64,000 nt of DNA. It comes from Candidatus Aminicenantes bacterium. GTDB lineage: Bacteria; Acidobacteriota; Aminicenantia; Aminicenantales; Aminicenantaceae. The stretch covers positions 3,299 through 67,298 of the forward strand of contig JASFPP010000002.1 in NCBI GenBank assembly GCA_050115915.1, written 5' to 3'. Of the stretch, positions 1 through 10,094 are shown in pieces; the stretch's first letter is position 1, and each line of letters starts with the position of its first letter. Below the pieces are notes generated by a model that saw only the letters and a program-made list of their open reading frames with translations, was not told the origin of the DNA and ran no database searches. Position numbers and translations under genes: made by a program.

Positions 1-1
1 C

Positions 2-82
2 ATCAACGAACATAACGGCACCATAGATGCCACAAATAACAAACCATTCGGAGCTAAATTCACTATACAGATACCCACATGA
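2..82 (+). CDS. C-terminal end of a sensor histidine kinase (partial, continues beyond the 5' edge)
   Basis: Frame 2 reads INEHNGTIDATNNKPFGAKFTIQIPT*, which looks like the last strand of an HATPase_c domain. Its TGA overlaps the ATG of the next gene (ATGA at 79-82), typical kinase-regulator coupling. Confidence 0.5.
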   Translation: MNEHNGTIDATNNKPFGAKFTIQIPT

Positions 83-1440
83 TCAAAGACAAAATTCTCG
101 TTATCGATGACGAGGCTGGAATCAGATCTTCGCTCAAGGGAATCCTTGAGGATGAAAACTATCTCGTCAAAACCGCAGACACCGGAGAGAAAGGTCTCAA
201 CCTTTTGAGAGGGGATAATTTCGGTCTTGTTTTTCTGGATATACTGCTTCCCGAGATGAACGGGATCGAAGTTCTGGAAAACATTAAAAGCTCCGAAGAT
301 AACGCTCAGGTCATCATTATTACCGCGCACGGATCGATCGACATGGCGGTTAAAGCAACAAAACTGGGTGCCTTCGATTTCCTCGAGAAGCCTCTCTCCC
401 TGGAAAAGGTCGTTTTAACCACAAAAAATGCGCTGAAGCAGAAAGAATTGGAGGAAGAGAACATCCAATTCCGTGAGCGCATCAGAGCCAAATACAAGCT
501 GATCGGAAAAAGTGCCCCCATCCAGAAGCTCAGAGAAAAGACGAAAGCTGCCGCACCTACAGATGGAAGAATTCTCATTTACGGAGAAAATGGAACCGGA
601 AAGGAGCTCGTTGCTCAGCTGATCCATCAGGCTAGCCCGCGCAAAAACAAACGATTTATCCAGATCAATGCGGGGGCTATTCCCGATGATCTTATCGAGA
701 TCGAGCTCTTCGGTTACGTCAGAGGAGCCCTGCCCAACGCCGTTAAGGACAAAAAAGGAAAGCTGCTTCTCGCCGATGGGGGAACTCTTTTCCTCGACGA
801 GATCGGAGAAATGAGCGTGAAGACCCAAGCTAAGCTTGTGCAGGTGATCGAGGAGAAAAAGTACGAACCCATAGGATCGACAGAATCCATCTCCATCGAC
901 ACACGGCTCGTTGCAGCCACTGACAAAAATTTGAAGCAGCTAATAGCGAAGGACAAATTCAGAGAAGACCTTTACTTCAAGCTGAATATCATCCCTATTT
1001 ACATACCCCCTTTAAGGGAGCGAAAAAGCGATATCCCTCTCCTGATCAACTACTTCTTAGAATACTTCGCCGCAGAGACGGGGAAAAAACAAAAAACCAT
1101 GAGTAAAGAAGCCATGGAAGCGTTTATCAACTATTCTTGGCCCGGTAATGTCAGTGAACTCATCAATGTGATCGAACGGTTTGTCATCATGATCAAAGAG
1201 GATGAGATAAAGGCCAATCATCTCTCCCTTCTCGTAGAGCCTATTGAATCCCAGATGGCACCCAGCCTCTCGGAGATTGGCTTCTTGGAGAACGCTACAG
1301 AACAATTCGAAAAAGAATACATTCACCAGGCTTTGATCACGAACAAATGGGATCTTGTAAAAACGGCTGAGGAGCTTGGGATCGACCGCAAGAAGCTCAA
1401 TAAAAAGATCATAGATTTTGGCATCACTTTCCTTGGATAG
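79..1440 (+). CDS. NtrC-family response regulator (receiver + AAA+ + Fis-type HTH) with a degenerate GAFTGA loop
   Basis: Receiver motifs DDE...FLDILLPEMNG...GAFDFLEKP. Walker A GENGTGKEL. C-terminal HTH (TAEELGIDRKKLNKKI). The sigma-54 contact loop reads GALPNA instead of GAFTGA. Confidence 0.9.
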   Translation: MIKDKILVIDDEAGIRSSLKGILEDENYLVKTADTGEKGLNLLRGDNFGLVFLDILLPEMNGIEVLENIKSSEDNAQVIIITAHGSIDMAVKATKLGAFDFLEKPLSLEKVVLTTKNALKQKELEEENIQFRERIRAKYKLIGKSAPIQKLREKTKAAAPTDGRILIYGENGTGKELVAQLIHQASPRKNKRFIQINAGAIPDDLIEIELFGYVRGALPNAVKDKKGKLLLADGGTLFLDEIGEMSVKTQAKLVQVIEEKKYEPIGSTESISIDTRLVAATDKNLKQLIAKDKFREDLYFKLNIIPIYIPPLRERKSDIPLLINYFLEYFAAETGKKQKTMSKEAMEAFINYSWPGNVSELINVIERFVIMIKEDEIKANHLSLLVEPIESQMAPSLSEIGFLENATEQFEKEYIHQALITNKWDLVKTAEELGIDRKKLNKKIIDFGITFLG

Positions 1441-1481
1441 ATCACCCTTGATGCTTGAATAATCCAGGTTAAGGACAGACG

Positions 1482-2828
1482 ATGGAAGCACAGATTTTAA
1501 AAATTTTAACGGATATCCGGAACTTTATATGGGGAACGCCACTGCTCGTGCTGCTCGTTGGCACAGGAATTTTTCTGACGATCCGATTGAAAGGTCTCCA
1601 GATAAGGGGGCTTATGCACTCTCTCTATCTGGCCTTTATTCAGCGCAAGGAAGACGATAAGGAAGCGGGAGACATCTCTCATTTCCAAGCCCTCATGACG
1701 GCATTGGCTGCAACAGTGGGGACAGGGAACATCGCTGGAGTGGCAACAGCCATCGTTGCAGGAGGGCCGGGGGCTCTCTTCTGGATGTGGATCACGGGCA
1801 TCTTCGGGATGGCGACCAAATACTCCGAGGCAGTTCTCGCCATCAAGTACAGAGAAAAGGACGAATTCGGGACGATGAGCGGCGGTCCCATGTACTACAT
1901 ATCCAAAGGCCTGGGGATGAAGTGGCTGGGCGTGCTCTTCGCCATCTTTGCGGCGATCGCTGCCTTCGGCATCGGCAACATGGTCCAATCCAACTCAGTG
2001 GCAGAGGCGGTGAAGGCATCCCTCAATGTTCCCCATTACATCACTGGGATCGTTCTGGCGCTCTTTACCGCAATGGTCGTCCTTGGCGGTATCAAGAGCA
2101 TTGCCCGGGTTACACAAGTTCTTGTCCCCATAATGATCGTTATCTATTTCACCGGAGCTTTGGTCATACTGATGCTCAAGATTGCCCTCATCCCCGGTAT
2201 CTTCGCACAAATCTTTAAGTCAGCCTTTACACCCACGGCCGCATTGGGAGGATTCCTGGGCGCCACACTGCGCGAGACCATGAGAGAGGGTGTCGCCAGA
2301 GGAGTGTTCTCCAATGAATCCGGCCTGGGCTCGGCCCCCATCGCAGCGGCTGCGGCCAAGACACCCAATCCGGTGAAGCAGGCGCTCGTCTCCATGACTC
2401 AGACGTTTATCGATACTCTTGTGGTCTGTACGATGACCGGCCTCGTGATCCTCTCCAGCGGCCTGTGGACCTTGGATAAAACAGGAGCGGAACTCACTGC
2501 TCTGTCCTTCAGAGAATCCTTGCCCGGAGGAATCGGCGAATTCGTTGTGACCTTCGGTCTCATCTTTTTCGCCTACTCGACGATCCTCGGTTGGTGCTAC
2601 TACGGGGAAAAATCCATCGAATACCTGTTTAAAGAGCGGGCGGTCAAGGTCTATCGGATCATATTTGTGATCTTTGTGGCCGTGGGCACAATGCTCAAAC
2701 TGCAAACCGTGTGGACGCTCGCAGATATAATGAACGGGCTTATGGCTTTTCCCAACCTCGTGGGTTTGATCGGGCTTAGCTCCATCATCGTCGCTGAGAC
2801 CAATAAGCATTTCTATAAAACACAATAA
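1482..2828 (+). CDS. Alanine/glycine:cation symporter (AGCS family)
   Basis: 448-aa polytopic protein with AGCS signature stretches ([38 protein letters not shown]). Confidence 0.9.
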   Translation: MEAQILKILTDIRNFIWGTPLLVLLVGTGIFLTIRLKGLQIRGLMHSLYLAFIQRKEDDKEAGDISHFQALMTALAATVGTGNIAGVATAIVAGGPGALFWMWITGIFGMATKYSEAVLAIKYREKDEFGTMSGGPMYYISKGLGMKWLGVLFAIFAAIAAFGIGNMVQSNSVAEAVKASLNVPHYITGIVLALFTAMVVLGGIKSIARVTQVLVPIMIVIYFTGALVILMLKIALIPGIFAQIFKSAFTPTAALGGFLGATLRETMREGVARGVFSNESGLGSAPIAAAAAKTPNPVKQALVSMTQTFIDTLVVCTMTGLVILSSGLWTLDKTGAELTALSFRESLPGGIGEFVVTFGLIFFAYSTILGWCYYGEKSIEYLFKERAVKVYRIIFVIFVAVGTMLKLQTVWTLADIMNGLMAFPNLVGLIGLSSIIVAETNKHFYKTQ

Positions 2829-2947
2829 CCTGAACAATCCATCTTCAGCCTGAATTATTCATAAAAGATTCTGAAAAATGACTCTCGAGATTTACTGTAA
2901 CCCCAAAAATATGTTAAGGTGGAGGGCGAAAAAGTTAAGGCAGAACT

Positions 2948-4309
2948 ATGAAGGTCCAATCTCAAAGACTCGTTACGAGCTCAGCACGGAAATTTATCAA
3001 CATGGGGGCCCTGACACGCCTCTGGAATCTTGTCAAAAACTTTCACGCCGCTGATATCGCATCCCTCATAAAACACTTGATCTTTAGGGAGAGACTGATC
3101 CTATTCAACGTGATCTATGAGAAGGAGAAAGATAAAGCCGCCGAGGTCCTGAGTGAGATCGATCCCGAAGATGGAATCCAGATCGTGCAAGCCCTTCCAT
3201 TGGAACAGATCGCTGAGTTGATGCAGACAATGCCCTCAGATGACGCGGTGCCCATCATTGAGCTTCTTCCCGAGGAATTGAAAGATTCTGTGCTCACCCT
3301 CATGGAGCAGAAACCTACCGAAGATGTCATGGAGCTCCTTCACTATGGGGAGGAGACAGCCGGCCGGATAATGTCTCCCAATTTTTATGCGCTCAATGAA
3401 AACACAAATGTCTCTGATGCCATTACAGCCATGCAGCTCGAAGGGGATGTGGAATCGGCGTTCTATCTGTATGTGGTGGATGATCACGATCACTTGAAGG
3501 GCGTTGTTTCCCTGAGGCAGCTGTTGTTCGCTCGGCCGAACACTCCGCTCAAAAACATCATGACCTGTGACGTCATAAGCGTCCATACAGAAACCGACCA
3601 AGAGGAGGTCGCCCGAAACGTTGCAGACTATAACCTGGTGGCAATCCCTGTCATCGATGCCGAGAATACACTGGTCGGAGTGGTCACGGTGGATGATGTG
3701 ATTGATGTCATCGAACAGGAGACGACAGAAGATATCTACAAGATGGTGTCTTTGGATTCATCCGACAGGATTCAGGACAGCCCCCTGACCTCGATAAAAA
3801 AGAGACTGCCATTTCTTCTCCTGAGCTTGTTGACGGCTTCAGTGTCCCCATGGGTTGTCAGTCATTTTAAGGGGAGCATACAACAAGCCGTCACTCTGGC
3901 GGTGTTTATGCCCCTGGTGGCAGCACTCGGTGGGATTGCCGGAAACCAGACTATTGCTATCATCGTGAGGGAGATTGCCATCGGCCAGATCGAGTGGCTA
4001 TCAGCAAGAAAAGCCCTGCTCAAGGAAATCCTCGTCGGGATCGGAAACGGTATCGTAATTGGCACCATTCTGGGGGGGATCTCGTATTTACTGATCCGCA
4101 ACCCCTATCTGGGACTCGTTCTGGGTCTTGCTGTCATCATCAATCTTTTTATCGCCGCTCTTGTCGGAACCATCATTCCCCTGTTCTTGAAATTGATCAA
4201 ACTGGACCCTGCCCTGGGTTCAGTTAACCTCCTCACTATGTGTACAGATTCCATAGGCTTCGCCGTTTTTCTCGGGCTCGGGACTCTCTTCCTTCACTAC
4301 CTAACGTGA
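2948..4309 (+). CDS. mgtE: Magnesium transporter MgtE
   Basis: MgtE N-domain, tandem CBS region (LKGVVSLRQLL, LVGVVTVDDVIDV) and a C-terminal 5-TM MgtE channel domain. Length 453 aa. Confidence 0.9.
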   Translation: MKVQSQRLVTSSARKFINMGALTRLWNLVKNFHAADIASLIKHLIFRERLILFNVIYEKEKDKAAEVLSEIDPEDGIQIVQALPLEQIAELMQTMPSDDAVPIIELLPEELKDSVLTLMEQKPTEDVMELLHYGEETAGRIMSPNFYALNENTNVSDAITAMQLEGDVESAFYLYVVDDHDHLKGVVSLRQLLFARPNTPLKNIMTCDVISVHTETDQEEVARNVADYNLVAIPVIDAENTLVGVVTVDDVIDVIEQETTEDIYKMVSLDSSDRIQDSPLTSIKKRLPFLLLSLLTASVSPWVVSHFKGSIQQAVTLAVFMPLVAALGGIAGNQTIAIIVREIAIGQIEWLSARKALLKEILVGIGNGIVIGTILGGISYLLIRNPYLGLVLGLAVIINLFIAALVGTIIPLFLKLIKLDPALGSVNLLTMCTDSIGFAVFLGLGTLFLHYLT

Positions 4310-4316
4310 AGCTCTT

Positions 4317-5072
4317 ATGCCTCGAAAACAATCAGAATCCATTGTTTTGAGATCCTTCGATATCGGCGAACAGGATAAGATCATCGTCTTTTTTGCCAAG
4401 GATGTCGGCATATTCAAAGGAGTCGCAAAAGGCGCCCGCAAATTCGGGAACAGGTTCGGAAGCAGTTTGGAGCCCATGTCCCATGTCCATGTTTTCTACT
4501 ACGAGAAAGAAAACAGAGAGTTGGTCACGGTGAGCAATTGTGATCTCGTCGAATCCTTTTTCGACACGCAGATTGACCTGGACACCTCATTCACACTCAG
4601 CTATTTCGCAGAGTTGATCGAGGAATTTTTCCCTATCCGATCCAAAGACGATACATTATTCCGGTTGCTTCTTTTGACTCTCCAATCACTCAAGGCTGGA
4701 GCGAACCTGGACTTCACCAGTGCCTATTTCGAAGCCTGGTTCCTCAAGCTCAGCGGCATTCTCCCCGATTTCAATAAATGTAAGAAGTGCAGGAGGGCGA
4801 TTACGTCTTTGAGCTGGCTTTCCCACAACAAGGATGGTGTTTTCTGCAACCGATGCGTGCCCCAAGGAAAAGACGAGATCTCGCCAGAAATCAACACCAT
4901 ACTCAACTGGATAAGAAAGAATCCTCCTCTCAAGGATGAGGAACTGCCTTTCGAATCCGCACATGTCGCCGCAATCCGGGAAGTGATGCAAAGGATCCTC
5001 GTCTTCCACATGGAGAGGAAACCCAAGTCGCTTTCTCTCCTGCAGAGGGGATCGGATAAAAATTCAAAATAA
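4317..5072 (+). CDS. recO: DNA repair protein RecO
   Basis: 251 aa. N-terminal OB fold (IVLRSFDIGEQDKIIVFFAKD.G...GVAKGARK) and a CxxC...CxxC zinc motif (CKKC...CNRC). Confidence 0.85.
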   Translation: MPRKQSESIVLRSFDIGEQDKIIVFFAKDVGIFKGVAKGARKFGNRFGSSLEPMSHVHVFYYEKENRELVTVSNCDLVESFFDTQIDLDTSFTLSYFAELIEEFFPIRSKDDTLFRLLLLTLQSLKAGANLDFTSAYFEAWFLKLSGILPDFNKCKKCRRAITSLSWLSHNKDGVFCNRCVPQGKDEISPEINTILNWIRKNPPLKDEELPFESAHVAAIREVMQRILVFHMERKPKSLSLLQRGSDKNSK

Positions 5073-5156
5073 TGGAGAGATCTGATTTGGAAGTCCTGGA
5101 CATTAGGGACTCAAAGGATATAATGAAGAGTTCTTTTTTAAGGAGGTAGAATTACC

Positions 5157-7310
5157 ATGAAACAGCTAAGGTATTTTTTGTTTCTCGTTTTGATTCTGAG
5201 TTTTTCACTCCTAACCGTAGCCGATGAGGGGATGTGGATGCCCCATCAGATGAAAGACCTCAACCTCGAGGCAAAGGGTCTCGAGATGAATCCTGCAGAC
5301 CTCTACAAGACGGATGGTACAGGTATTATGAGCGCGATCGTGCATCTGGGAGGTGGAACCGGTGAATTCGTCAGCTCCGATGGGCTCATTCTCACGAATC
5401 ACCACGTCGCATTCGGGGCCCTCCAGAGAGCCGCCACCAAAGAGAAAGACACCATCACGGATGGATTCATTGCCTGGACGAAGGAGGAGGAGATCCCGGC
5501 ACAAGGGTATATCGCCGATGTCCTTCTTGGGTATGAGGAGGTCACTGAAAAGATCGTGTCCGGGATCAAACCAGGAATGACTTTTAGAGAGCAGTACGAG
5601 GTTATTGACAAGGCCAGGAAAAAGCTCATCGCCGAGGCTGAAAAGGCGGGAAAGGATATTCATGCGACCGTGGCCAATATGTACAGCGGTAATGCTTACT
5701 ATTTATTCCGTTTCAAGCGAATCAAAGACATCCGGATCGCCTATGCCCCGCCAAGAGACCTGGGCAATTTCGGGGGGGATATCGACAACTGGATGTGGCC
5801 ACGGCACACCTGTGATTTTGCCTTTTTGAGAGCGTATGTCTCCAAGGACAACGTTGGATTGGATTACAGTACGGATAATGTTCCCTACAAGCCAAAATCC
5901 TTCCTCAAGATATCCATGGAAGGCTTTAAAGACGGGGACTTTTCTTTTGTTATGGGTTATCCGGGACGAACATACAGGAATTACACACTCGATGAACTCC
6001 AATTCGACCTCAAGAACATGAAGTTGAGGATGGCACTTTATAAAGATATCATCGCTTTCTTCGAAAACGCTGGTAAAGAGAACAGGGACATCCAGATCAA
6101 GTATGCAGGGATCATCAAAGGACTCAATAACAGTTTGAAAAATTACCAGGGCAAATTTGATGGAATAGACAAGATCGGCCTGATCGATATAAAAAAAGAC
6201 CAGGAAAAGGCCTCCATGGAATGGGTGAGCCAAGATCCCGAACGGGCGAAAAAATTCGCAAAGACACTCGAGAATATTGCGACCTTCATGGACAAATACG
6301 CCGCCTATTACACCAAAAACAATCTTCTGGGGCAGATTGTAAGCCCCTATTTCGGTTCCACTCTGCTCTCTCAAGCGCACACGATCTATCGAACGGTCGA
6401 AGAACGAGAAAAACCTGACATGGAGAGGGAAGCAGCCTACCAGGAGAGGAATCTCCCGCTGATTAAAATGCGCATTCAGCTGGCCGAACGGGGATATGAC
6501 CTGGCGACAGACCGGGCCTTTCTCAAGTACCAGCTTAAAAAACTTTTAGACCATCCAGCAGAGCAGATCCCGAATGCACTAAAGGAGCTGACGGCAAAAA
6601 AATCGGAGAAAGCGATCGACACCTTCGTGGATGGACTCTACGATAAAACGATCCTTGCTGATCCGAAAAAAAGGCTCGAACTTGTGGAGAGCGAACTGGA
6701 GAAGCTGATGGATGTGGGTGATCCCTTACTCGAGCTGGCCGCTGAATTGGAGATAGAGATGAAAGTCCTCAGAGAAGAAAGCAAGGCCCTGGGACAAGAA
6801 CGGCTCAACCTCAAGAAAGTCTTTCTCGCAGGATTGATGGAGCAGAAGGCGGGCAGGATCGCTCCGGATGCCAACTCGACTATTCGGTTTACCTACGGCT
6901 TCATCGACGGATATGTCCCCAGAGATGCCGTTTATTACACGTCTCAGACTACGCTGGGCGGCGTTGTGGAAAAAGATACGGGCGAGTTTCCCTTTCGTGT
7001 TCCTGCAAAACTTAAGGAGCTTCACCAAAACAAAGATTTCGGACAATACGCCGATAAAAAACTCGAGGACATTCCTGCTTGTTTCCTGAACACGACGAGC
7101 GTCACAGGGGGCAATTCGGGCTCCCCGACTTTAAACGCAAGAGGCGAACAGATCGGTATCATCTTCGACATGACCTACGAAAGCGTGACGGCCGACTACT
7201 ATGAAGTCCCGGAGCTCCAGAGGACGATCAGCGTCGATATCCGGTATGTGCTTTTTGTGACAGAAAAATTTTCCGGGGCCAAACACATCATCCAAGAACT
7301 GGGATTCTAA
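5157..7310 (+). CDS. S46-family dipeptidyl-peptidase (DPP7/DPP11-like), secreted
   Basis: Signal peptide followed by the hallmark DEGMWMP motif. TNHHV His box and a C-terminal GGNSGSP Ser box. 717 aa. Confidence 0.9.
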   Translation: MKQLRYFLFLVLILSFSLLTVADEGMWMPHQMKDLNLEAKGLEMNPADLYKTDGTGIMSAIVHLGGGTGEFVSSDGLILTNHHVAFGALQRAATKEKDTITDGFIAWTKEEEIPAQGYIADVLLGYEEVTEKIVSGIKPGMTFREQYEVIDKARKKLIAEAEKAGKDIHATVANMYSGNAYYLFRFKRIKDIRIAYAPPRDLGNFGGDIDNWMWPRHTCDFAFLRAYVSKDNVGLDYSTDNVPYKPKSFLKISMEGFKDGDFSFVMGYPGRTYRNYTLDELQFDLKNMKLRMALYKDIIAFFENAGKENRDIQIKYAGIIKGLNNSLKNYQGKFDGIDKIGLIDIKKDQEKASMEWVSQDPERAKKFAKTLENIATFMDKYAAYYTKNNLLGQIVSPYFGSTLLSQAHTIYRTVEEREKPDMEREAAYQERNLPLIKMRIQLAERGYDLATDRAFLKYQLKKLLDHPAEQIPNALKELTAKKSEKAIDTFVDGLYDKTILADPKKRLELVESELEKLMDVGDPLLELAAELEIEMKVLREESKALGQERLNLKKVFLAGLMEQKAGRIAPDANSTIRFTYGFIDGYVPRDAVYYTSQTTLGGVVEKDTGEFPFRVPAKLKELHQNKDFGQYADKKLEDIPACFLNTTSVTGGNSGSPTLNARGEQIGIIFDMTYESVTADYYEVPELQRTISVDIRYVLFVTEKFSGAKHIIQELGF

Positions 7311-7368
7311 ACATTGCACACTAAAACTCTCGAGTTGCCAAACTAACCAGCTATAGATTCCAGAGGAT

Positions 7369-8523
7369 TCAGAAGAACCGCCAGAGGGAATCCTTGGGTT
7401 TTCGGCTCTTGAATTTGCCATACCAGAGGCAAAGAGGAAAAAGGAGCCCGAGACCGAGAAGCCAAAAAAGGGACATCAGAGGAATTCCTGTGCCTTGAGG
7501 GGCAAAAAAGAGCCCGATTATGCCGAACAGATAGAGATGGCAGATATAAAAGACCAGAGCCGATCTGCCATAGACCAGGAGGGGTTTTCCCCAACTTTGA
7601 AGGCCTTTTTCAAAGCGTGAAAGGAAGAAAAGACATAAAAGAACGATCCCGAGGGTGAGAAGCAGGAAGGAGAGAGAGGGGGGGTATTTTGTCACGTGGA
7701 GCAAATCCATCCAGCCCGAACTCTCGGGGGGGTGAAAGTTTCCGAATCCCCCAGCGATACGCACCCAAACAAAAAGAGCGATGGACGCGATCCCCACAAT
7801 TAGTGCTTTAAGGTATGCCCCTCGCTCATTGTGCAAAAGCCAGCCCCCAAAAATAAGGCCGAATCCCACACAACCCAGCCAGGGCAAAAACGAATAAAAG
7901 ACTTGTATGGGACCAGTCTGACCGGGGATAAGGACCATACGGAGTAACGGAGAAAAAAGCTGATCGGCCTGATCAGGAGCCGGGATGAGCCATTGTGTTA
8001 AGAGGATCGTTGCCATACTTATCCCAAAAATGAGCGCCGCTTTTAAACGTATGAGAAAAGCGCCCAAAATCATAGTCATACCCAGGGCAAAAAGCACACC
8101 AAAATGAAACCACACCTGTCCTCCTCCCCCGGGGGGATCAAACTCGGTCGAGGGACCGAGCAGCCAGGCCGAGTTTTCTGCAAAAAACTGCAAAAGGACA
8201 AGAATAAAACCTCGGATAACGAAGTGACGGAAGATTCGCGCCTCTGACCATCCCTGATTTCGTCGTGCATTGGCAAAAAGAACCATGCCGATGCCCATCA
8301 GGAAGAAGAAGCCGGGCGCACAGGGTTGGGTCACGAAGCGAGTCAGGAAAGCCAGGATACTATCGTACTTGGGAAGCGGGATACCCCAGAATTCTCCATT
8401 CGGATGCATACGGGCCACAAAATAATTGGCGTGGTCCACGGCCATAAGGACGATCACGAGTCCACGCAAGGCATCGAGTGAAAGCAGCCTTTGCGGCTTT
8501 GAATTCAGTCGGTTCTCTGTCAT
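7369..8523 (-). CDS. DUF1624 / heparan-alpha-glucosaminide N-acetyltransferase-like membrane acyltransferase
   Basis: N-terminus RLLSLDALRGLVIVLMAVDH is typical of the family, and the protein is polytopic. The ATG at 8523 is preferred over the TTG at 8541 used by the ORF track. Confidence 0.7.
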   Translation of the reverse strand: MTENRLNSKPQRLLSLDALRGLVIVLMAVDHANYFVARMHPNGEFWGIPLPKYDSILAFLTRFVTQPCAPGFFFLMGIGMVLFANARRNQGWSEARIFRHFVIRGFILVLLQFFAENSAWLLGPSTEFDPPGGGGQVWFHFGVLFALGMTMILGAFLIRLKAALIFGISMATILLTQWLIPAPDQADQLFSPLLRMVLIPGQTGPIQVFYSFLPWLGCVGFGLIFGGWLLHNERGAYLKALIVGIASIALFVWVRIAGGFGNFHPPESSGWMDLLHVTKYPPSLSFLLLTLGIVLLCLFFLSRFEKGLQSWGKPLLVYGRSALVFYICHLYLFGIIGLFFAPQGTGIPLMSLFWLLGLGLLFPLCLWYGKFKSRKPKDSLWRFF

Positions 8524-8543
8524 ATTAAAAGACCCTGCCAATT

Positions 8544-8573
8544 ATTGAGCGCTCGGCTTATCGAGCACTCAGT
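8544..8573. repeat. Compact hairpin built from the GAGYGCTC inverted-repeat arms (same family as 50126-50289)
   Basis: TGAGCGCTCG-gcttat-CGAGCACTCA pairs at 9 of 10 positions. The flanks (TTATTGAG.GCTC) match the arm at 50126-50144 at 15 of 16 positions. Confidence 0.6.
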
Positions 8574-8584
8574 TGAAGAGGTTA

Positions 8585-8797
8585 TCAGCCAATTATCTCT
8601 AAAGCCTTTTCGAAGAACTCATCGCGGCCCTCGATGATTCCTTGTATAGTACGTTTGGCAGGCACTGTTGGTTTAATACCGATCAGATGGTGTTGGGATC
8701 CGTCGTGCTTGAGCACTTTCATGCCGGTCCATACGATCCGAAAATCTCCAGGAAGAACAAAGGGATTGATTTTGGAGTGCAAGCGGATTGATAAGGC
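8585..8797 (-). pseudogene. 3'-terminal remnant of an S41 (C-terminal processing/tricorn-like) peptidase gene
   Basis: Translation ends ...FVLPGDFRIVWTGMKVLKHDGSQHHLIGIKPTVPAKRTIQGIIEGRDEFFEKALEIIG*, the typical last ~60 aa of S41 peptidases (G.GI.PD..V..T..D...G.D..LEKA). No catalytic body lies upstream, because the NHL gene stop is at 8799. Confidence 0.55.
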
Positions 8798-8798
8798 T

Positions 8799-10016
8799 CT
8801 ATTTATCGACGATCTGGTATTCGAAGAATTGCATGCCGCGCATTCGGTCCAGTAGATAAATCTTATCCCCATTGAGAAAAATGTCATCCACAAAATGATC
8901 GACCGGGATCGCTCCGAGCAACACACCCTCGGGATCGTACACCTCGAGCTGGAACATATCCGTTTCTCTCACTTCCGTGTTCCCCCCCACAGATACGTTC
9001 ATCGAACGACCGCCGGATGTGCTCATTGAGGCTCGAACATTCGTATTGACCCGTTCTTCCTCTTTGATCTGCCGCTTTAAAGTCACGACCCAGACTCTAC
9101 CCTCACTGTCTACCGCAACTCCACTCGCGCATCTATTCATTTCCGGTGGCTCGATAAGCACTCTGCCGCCACTTCGCTGAACCCCTCCTTTCGCTTTTGG
9201 AGGGTCCGTGCTGTAGCCGAGCTCACGGTTGGATCTCCAGAGCAATGTTCCGTCCGGTGCATATTTTTCGATCCTGTTCTGATAATCGAAGGACACATAA
9301 ATGTTATCGTCCTCATCCAGGATGAAGTGGAACTGATTTCCCATCCGGTTCATCAAGAAATCCTTGAAGTCGTGCTGCTGTCCAAAATCCTTTTGAATCT
9401 TGCCTTCCCTATCGAGGATTTTCAATAAATTGGGAAGCTCTTGTTGTTCCTCTCTCATCATCCCCATGCCAAAACTGAACAACCCAGTGCCTCCCATGAG
9501 CATCTGCTCTTGGCTAAAAGCCCGCACAAGGCCAACGCTATCCTCGATCATCTTTACGGTTTTCTGCTCTTCGCCTTCAGGAGTCAGGATCTGGATCCTC
9601 CGATTCATCGATTCGGACACATACAACATCCCCGCGGCATCGACATCGATGGACTGGGGATACTGGAATTCGCCGGGCCCCTGACCCTGGTTCCCGATCG
9701 TTGCCACATATTTCCCCGCAGCATCAAATTTCTGGATCCTGTGGTTTCCCGAATCCAGAACATAAATATGCCCCTCCTCATCAAAGGCCATCGCTGTCGG
9801 CATGTAGAAGAGGATATTGTCATCCGTGGATTCGATGTCACCGATCGTCTTTACAAATTCCAGGGCGACTTTCGGTTCTTTACCCCACGTGCCTTTTTTA
9901 CCATTGTGGACAACACGAACGCCATCTATGGTCTCTATTTTTTGACCGAATGAAAATGTCAAAGTGAAAACGAATAGAAAAGCAACAAGGGCCGTTTTTC
10001 TCAAAATATCTTTCAT
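8799..10016 (-). CDS. Secreted NHL-repeat beta-propeller protein
   Basis: Signal peptide. Repeated NHL-type blades (GHIYVLDSGNHRIQKFD, GMLYVSESMNRRIQIL, GRVWVVT). Confidence 0.8.
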   Translation of the reverse strand: MKDILRKTALVAFLFVFTLTFSFGQKIETIDGVRVVHNGKKGTWGKEPKVALEFVKTIGDIESTDDNILFYMPTAMAFDEEGHIYVLDSGNHRIQKFDAAGKYVATIGNQGQGPGEFQYPQSIDVDAAGMLYVSESMNRRIQILTPEGEEQKTVKMIEDSVGLVRAFSQEQMLMGGTGLFSFGMGMMREEQQELPNLLKILDREGKIQKDFGQQHDFKDFLMNRMGNQFHFILDEDDNIYVSFDYQNRIEKYAPDGTLLWRSNRELGYSTDPPKAKGGVQRSGGRVLIEPPEMNRCASGVAVDSEGRVWVVTLKRQIKEEERVNTNVRASMSTSGGRSMNVSVGGNTEVRETDMFQLEVYDPEGVLLGAIPVDHFVDDIFLNGDKIYLLDRMRGMQFFEYQIVDK

Positions 10017-10094
10017 GTTTACTGCTCCTTTCTCTTAGGTAAACGATAATTCATGAAAATCGTTGCAAGGGGGGGGCTTTTCTATCTCGAATAT

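Noticed and set aside
8798-8926. The upstream part of ORF 8585-8926 as the real N-terminus of a 113-aa protein
   Set aside because: It is antisense to the 3' end of the NHL gene and reads as low-complexity nonsense. Only the last ~60-70 codons resemble a known family (S41).
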